64,000 bases of DNA from Solirubrobacterales bacterium (GTDB taxonomy: Bacteria; Actinomycetota; Thermoleophilia; Solirubrobacterales; JACPNS01). The stretch is from assembly GCA_049276635.1 (NCBI GenBank), contig JBASWU010000101.1:6414-70413 (forward strand), in the 5' to 3' direction. A model generated the notes under the pieces. That model was not told where the DNA came from, searched no databases, and was given only the letters and a program-made list of their open reading frames with translations. This document shows, in pieces, positions 60,429-64,000 of this stretch. The position numbers were made by a program, and so were the translations under genes. The first letter of the stretch is position 1. Every line of letters begins with the position of its first letter.

Positions 60429-61100
60429 ATGAGCGATAACACGGCCAGCAACGTCGCGATCATCATGGACGGCAATGCGCGCTGGGCGGACCTGCGCCGC
60501 TTGCCCGTGCTCGCCGGCCACCGCGAAGGAGCCCAGGCGCTCAAGCGAACGGTCAAGCATGCGGTCAAGCATGAGATACGAGAGCTGACCGTGTTCGCGT
60601 TCTCGACCGAGAACTGGTCCCGCCCCAGCGACGAGGTCAAAGGACTGATGGCGATGTTCGCCGAGTTGATCCACAGCGAGACCCCCGAGCTCAAGGAACA
60701 GGGCGTGCGCATGGTTTTCATCGGACGCCGCGAGGGACTCTCCGCCGACCTGAAGCGACAAATGAACTGGGCGACGACCGAAACCGCCGATCGTCAACGG
60801 ATGATCCTCTACGTCGCCTTCAACTATGGTGGCCGTGCGGAGTTGATCGACGCCGCAAAGCGCTTCGACGGTGAGACCGAGGAGGAGTTTTCCGCTCTGC
60901 TTTACGCGCCGGAGATGTCGGACCCGGATCTCGTTATTCGCACCAGCGGCGAGCGGCGCCTGTCCAACTACCTGCTGTGGCAGACCGCGTACTCGGAGCT
61001 GCATTTCACCGACGTGCTCTGGCCTGATTTTTCCGAGGACGACCTCGTGGAGGCGCTCGACTCCTACCGGGGGCGGGGGCGGCGCTTTGGTTCGCGCTGA
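60429..61100 (+). CDS. uppS: Isoprenyl (undecaprenyl) diphosphate synthase, cis-prenyltransferase
   Basis: VAIIMDGNARWA....L....GH..G......V.......I..LT.FAFSTENW.RP..EV...M...; IRTSGE.R.SN.LLWQ.AY.E..F. Confidence 0.95.
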   Translation: MSDNTASNVAIIMDGNARWADLRRLPVLAGHREGAQALKRTVKHAVKHEIRELTVFAFSTENWSRPSDEVKGLMAMFAELIHSETPELKEQGVRMVFIGRREGLSADLKRQMNWATTETADRQRMILYVAFNYGGRAELIDAAKRFDGETEEEFSALLYAPEMSDPDLVIRTSGERRLSNYLLWQTAYSELHFTDVLWPDFSEDDLVEALDSYRGRGRRFGSR

Positions 61101-61926
61101 ACCCAAACCACGCCGGGCGCCAAAGCTGCCCGCCTCGAATCTCGCCGGCCGAGTGATGGTCGCGGTTCCGGCGGCGTTGATCGCACTGTTTTCCATCTTG
61201 ACCGGCCCGGAGGCACTCGCGGTGTTCCTGCTGGCCGTCGGGGCTATCGCCCTATACGAGTTCTACGCGCTGACCGACCATGTGCGGCCGGTTCGGCTCG
61301 CGGGGTTTCTAACTCTGCTGGCGCTGATCATGGGAGGTCTCTGGGGAGATCAGTTTCAGATCGTCGCGATTGTGGCGACCGCGTTTCCATTGGTCTTCCT
61401 GCTTGGGCTGCCGATCGACCGGGGCGAGAACGCCGTGCTGGGCATGGCCGCGACGCTTTTCGGCGCGTTGTGGATCGGGATACCGCTGGCGCACGCTCTG
61501 CTGCTGGACCGGCTGCCGCATGGCGACAAGGTGATTATCGACATCCTCTTGGGCACGTTCATCGGCGATACGTTCGCTTATGCCGGAGGCCGGATGTTCG
61601 GACGTCGCCGGCTCGCGCCGCGACTCTCGCCGAACAAAACCCAGGAGGGCATGGCGATCGGCGTCGTCGGTGCGATCTTGACCGTCTGGTTCGCCGGGCT
61701 TTACCAAGACTGGATCAGCGGTCCGAACGCGCTGCTGCTAGGCCTTGCGGTGGCGGTCGCCGCGCCGCTTGGCGATCTCTTTGAGTCATTCGTCAAGCGC
61801 GACTTCGGCGTCAAGGACAGCGGCAAGGCGTTCGGCGCCCACGGAGGGGCGATGGACCGCGCCGACGCCGCTCTTTTCACGATCGTCGCCGGGTACTACG
61901 TCTGGTACTCGATGGCGGCGATCTGA
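61087..61926 (+). CDS. cdsA: Phosphatidate cytidylyltransferase
   Basis: Multi-TM protein with a C-terminal signature SFVKRDFGVKDSG...GHGG.MDR.D. Start is uncertain: TTG 61087 (14-nt overlap with uppS) versus GTG/ATG 61153/61156. Confidence 0.85.
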   Translation: MVRAEPKPRRAPKLPASNLAGRVMVAVPAALIALFSILTGPEALAVFLLAVGAIALYEFYALTDHVRPVRLAGFLTLLALIMGGLWGDQFQIVAIVATAFPLVFLLGLPIDRGENAVLGMAATLFGALWIGIPLAHALLLDRLPHGDKVIIDILLGTFIGDTFAYAGGRMFGRRRLAPRLSPNKTQEGMAIGVVGAILTVWFAGLYQDWISGPNALLLGLAVAVAAPLGDLFESFVKRDFGVKDSGKAFGAHGGAMDRADAALFTIVAGYYVWYSMAAI

Positions 61927-61977
61927 TCGCCGAAGCGCTCGACCAATTCCGCGGTCCGGCGCGGTAGCCTCAATTTC

Positions 61978-63129
61978 ATGCGCAGAGTTCTGATCCTCGG
62001 AGCCACCGGCTCGATCGGCCGTCAGGCCCTCGACGTGATCGAAAATAACAACGGTCTGATCGTCGCCGGACTATCGGCGGCGACAAACTGGGAGCGTCTC
62101 GTTGAACTCGCCGGGCATCATCGCGTTGACAAAATCGCGCTCGCCGACGAGTACAGCGCCGCCAAGGCGTCCGAGTCCTGGACCGGTGGTGAGGTGCTGA
62201 GCGGGTCCGATGGTGTGATTCGGCTGATCGCCGAGACCGAATGCGACATCGTCCTTAATGCGCTGGTTGGTTCGGCCGGCCTCGGACCGACGATCGCGAC
62301 GCTGGGCGAGGGCATCGATCTCGCGCTGGCCAACAAGGAATCGCTCGTCGTCGGCGGTGACCTGGTCGTGCAGCTCGCCGAAGCCACCGGCGCGAGCCTG
62401 ATACCGGTCGACTCCGAGCACTCGGCGCTATTTCAACTGATAGCGAGTGAGCGACCCGGCACAATCGATCAGCTGGTGCTGACCGCCTCAGGGGGGCCGT
62501 TTCGCGGCCACACGACCGATCAGCTGGCCGAGGTCACTGTCGAGGCTGCTCTTGCGCACCCCACCTGGGAAATGGGCGGAAAGATCACCGTTGACTCCGC
62601 GACCCTGATGAACAAAGGCCTCGAGGTGATCGAGGCCCATCACCTCTTCGGCACCGCCTACGACGATATCGACGTCGTCGTGCATCCACAGTCGATCGTC
62701 CACGCTCTCGTTCAGCTCAACGACGGGGCTGCCCTGGCTCACCTTGGCTACCCGGATATGCGCGTACCGATCTCCTACGCGCTCAACTACCCGGCGCGCG
62801 AAGACGTCGCGCTTCGGCGGCTCGATCTCGCCGAACTCGGAGGCCTGACCTTCGAGCGTCCCGACCGTGAGGCGTTTCCCTGTCTCGGTCTTGCCGAGGC
62901 CGCCGGTCGCGCCGGAGGCAGCGCCCCGTGCGTGATGAACGCGGCCAACGAACTGGCCGTGCAGGCCTTTCTCGAAGGAACGCTCCCGTTCACGGCGATT
63001 GCACACGTCATCGAGCGCGCCCTTGAATCGATTCCGTTGACCGAGATCGGCCACTTCTCGCAGTTGGCGGCGATTGACGACGAGGCGCGCGTCAAGACGC
63101 AAGCGCTTATTACCGAAGTACCAGTATGA
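61978..63129 (+). CDS. dxr: 1-deoxy-D-xylulose 5-phosphate reductoisomerase
   Basis: MRRVLILGATGSIGRQALDVI...LANKESLV.GG......PVDSEHSA.FQ......LTASGGPFR...HP.W.MG.KITVDSAT.MNKGLEVIEA. Confidence 0.95.
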   Translation: MRRVLILGATGSIGRQALDVIENNNGLIVAGLSAATNWERLVELAGHHRVDKIALADEYSAAKASESWTGGEVLSGSDGVIRLIAETECDIVLNALVGSAGLGPTIATLGEGIDLALANKESLVVGGDLVVQLAEATGASLIPVDSEHSALFQLIASERPGTIDQLVLTASGGPFRGHTTDQLAEVTVEAALAHPTWEMGGKITVDSATLMNKGLEVIEAHHLFGTAYDDIDVVVHPQSIVHALVQLNDGAALAHLGYPDMRVPISYALNYPAREDVALRRLDLAELGGLTFERPDREAFPCLGLAEAAGRAGGSAPCVMNAANELAVQAFLEGTLPFTAIAHVIERALESIPLTEIGHFSQLAAIDDEARVKTQALITEVPV

Positions 63130-63148
63130 GCAAGCGACCCGATCAAGC

Positions 63149-64000
63149 ATGAGTTTCATCTGGGCTTTCGTGGCGTTTGCCGCGCTGATCATCCTGCACG
63201 AGTTCGGGCATTTCATCGCCGCCAAGGCTGTCGGCATGCGCGTCGAGCGCTTCTCGCTCTTCTTTCCGCCGGCGGTCGTCAAGCTACGCCGTGGCGAGAC
63301 CTCTTACGAGGTCGGCGCGATCCCACTCGGCGGGTTCGTGAAGATCACCGGGATGAACCCCGAAGAGGAAATCGCACCCGACGTGCTGCCGCGCGCCTAT
63401 TTCAAGCAACCCGTCTGGAAACGCGTCGTCACAATCGCGGCCGGCCCGGCGATGAACGTGCTGATCGCGATCGTGCTCATATTCGTGCTGTTCGCCTTCG
63501 TTGGGGTCACGCGAGCGGTTCCGACGATCGAGGGCGTCGACAAAGCGGGCGTCGCCGCGAAGCAGATTCGGGCCGGTGACAAACTGATTTCCGTCAACGG
63601 CGTCGGCGGTGAGCCGGCCGACCTGATCGCGGCGCTCAACGCGACCGGCTGCGCCGGGGGCGCGAAGATCGACGGCTGCCTGGCGGAAAAACGGTCGACG
63701 ATCGAGATTGATCGCGGCGGGCGCCGGCTTTCTTTTGCGGTAAGGCCGCGCTACGACGCCAAGAACGATCGGCTGAGGATCGGCCTGACCTTCGGCAGTG
63801 CGGCCGTGACCGAGCCCGTCGGCGAGGCGGCCGGGCACACGCTGAGCGGGATCTGGAACGTCACCAAAATGACGCTCGCGCTCCCGGCGCGAGTCTTTGA
63901 CGCCGAGAAGCGCAAAGAGATTTCCAGTGCGGTCGGTGGTTACGAGCGGACGCGGGCGGCGTTCCAGACCGACGCCGAGCTCGTCATTCAGATGATCGCG
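63149..64000 (+). CDS. rseP: RIP (site-2) zinc metalloprotease, M50 family with PDZ domain; 3' end beyond the window
   Basis: My own translation: MSFIWAFVAFAALIILHEFGHFIAAKAVGMRVERFSLFFPPA...GAIPLGGFVKITGMNPEEE... (HExxH), then a PDZ-like segment (GVAAKQIRAGDKLISVNG). The frame stays open to nt 64000. It is absent from the ORF track because no stop lies inside the window. Confidence 0.85.
   Translation, partial: MSFIWAFVAFAALIILHEFGHFIAAKAVGMRVERFSLFFPPAVVKLRRGETSYEVGAIPLGGFVKITGMNPEEEIAPDVLPRAYFKQPVWKRVVTIAAGPAMNVLIAIVLIFVLFAFVGVTRAVPTIEGVDKAGVAAKQIRAGDKLISVNGVGGEPADLIAALNATGCAGGAKIDGCLAEKRSTIEIDRGGRRLSFAVRPRYDAKNDRLRIGLTFGSAAVTEPVGEAAGHTLSGIWNVTKMTLALPARVFDAEKRKEISSAVGGYERTRAAFQTDAELVIQMIA

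Overview
Very GC-rich core-chromosome window that looks actinobacterial. Evidence: the 16S-23S-5S operon has no tRNAs in its spacers, tyrS sits directly upstream of rrn as at mycobacterial rrnB, sepF is present, and many genes use GTG/TTG starts with 4-nt overlaps. My guess of a deep-branching Actinomycetota lineage (Thermoleophilia or Rubrobacteria-like) rests on reading the 16S by eye and is not verified.

Content is almost all housekeeping:
- Branched-chain amino-acid supercluster: ilvBN, ilvC, leuA, leuCD, leuB, ilvE, cimA, plus serA with a class V aminotransferase.
- Menaquinone cluster menF/D/H/C/A/B wedged between ilvBN and ilvC.
- argH, mpg, a class A PBP, tyrS, one rrn operon, a PhzF-like gene and murA.
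- hisZGDBHAF.
- Distal cell-division block: pgeF, yggS, sepF, proC, yggT, DUF167, lspA, rluD.
- rpsB, tsf, pyrH, frr, uppS, cdsA, dxr, rseP.

The one clearly unusual structure is in the 23S rRNA gene, which is about 0.9 kb too long. The helix 69-71 region is interrupted twice by two related ORF-less group I introns of 543 and 374 nt. They sit at E. coli positions 1917 and 1931 and leave only a 14-nt micro-exon between them. Both show P/Q/R/S core elements, a 5' exon ending in U and an intron ending in G. P7 shows a compensatory base change between the two copies.

Secondary leads:
- A Leu-rich leader mini-ORF (four consecutive Leu codons) upstream of leuA, whose CU-rich codon run is complementary to the leuA Shine-Dalgarno.
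- A single-chain ECF sigma / anti-sigma-like / transmembrane / Pro-rich fusion.
- A secreted protein with a 30-bp tandem repeat and a short collagen-like stretch.
- A small protein with a duplicated CxxC...FCxxxH motif.

I saw no CRISPR array, transposase, integrase, prophage or tRNA gene.
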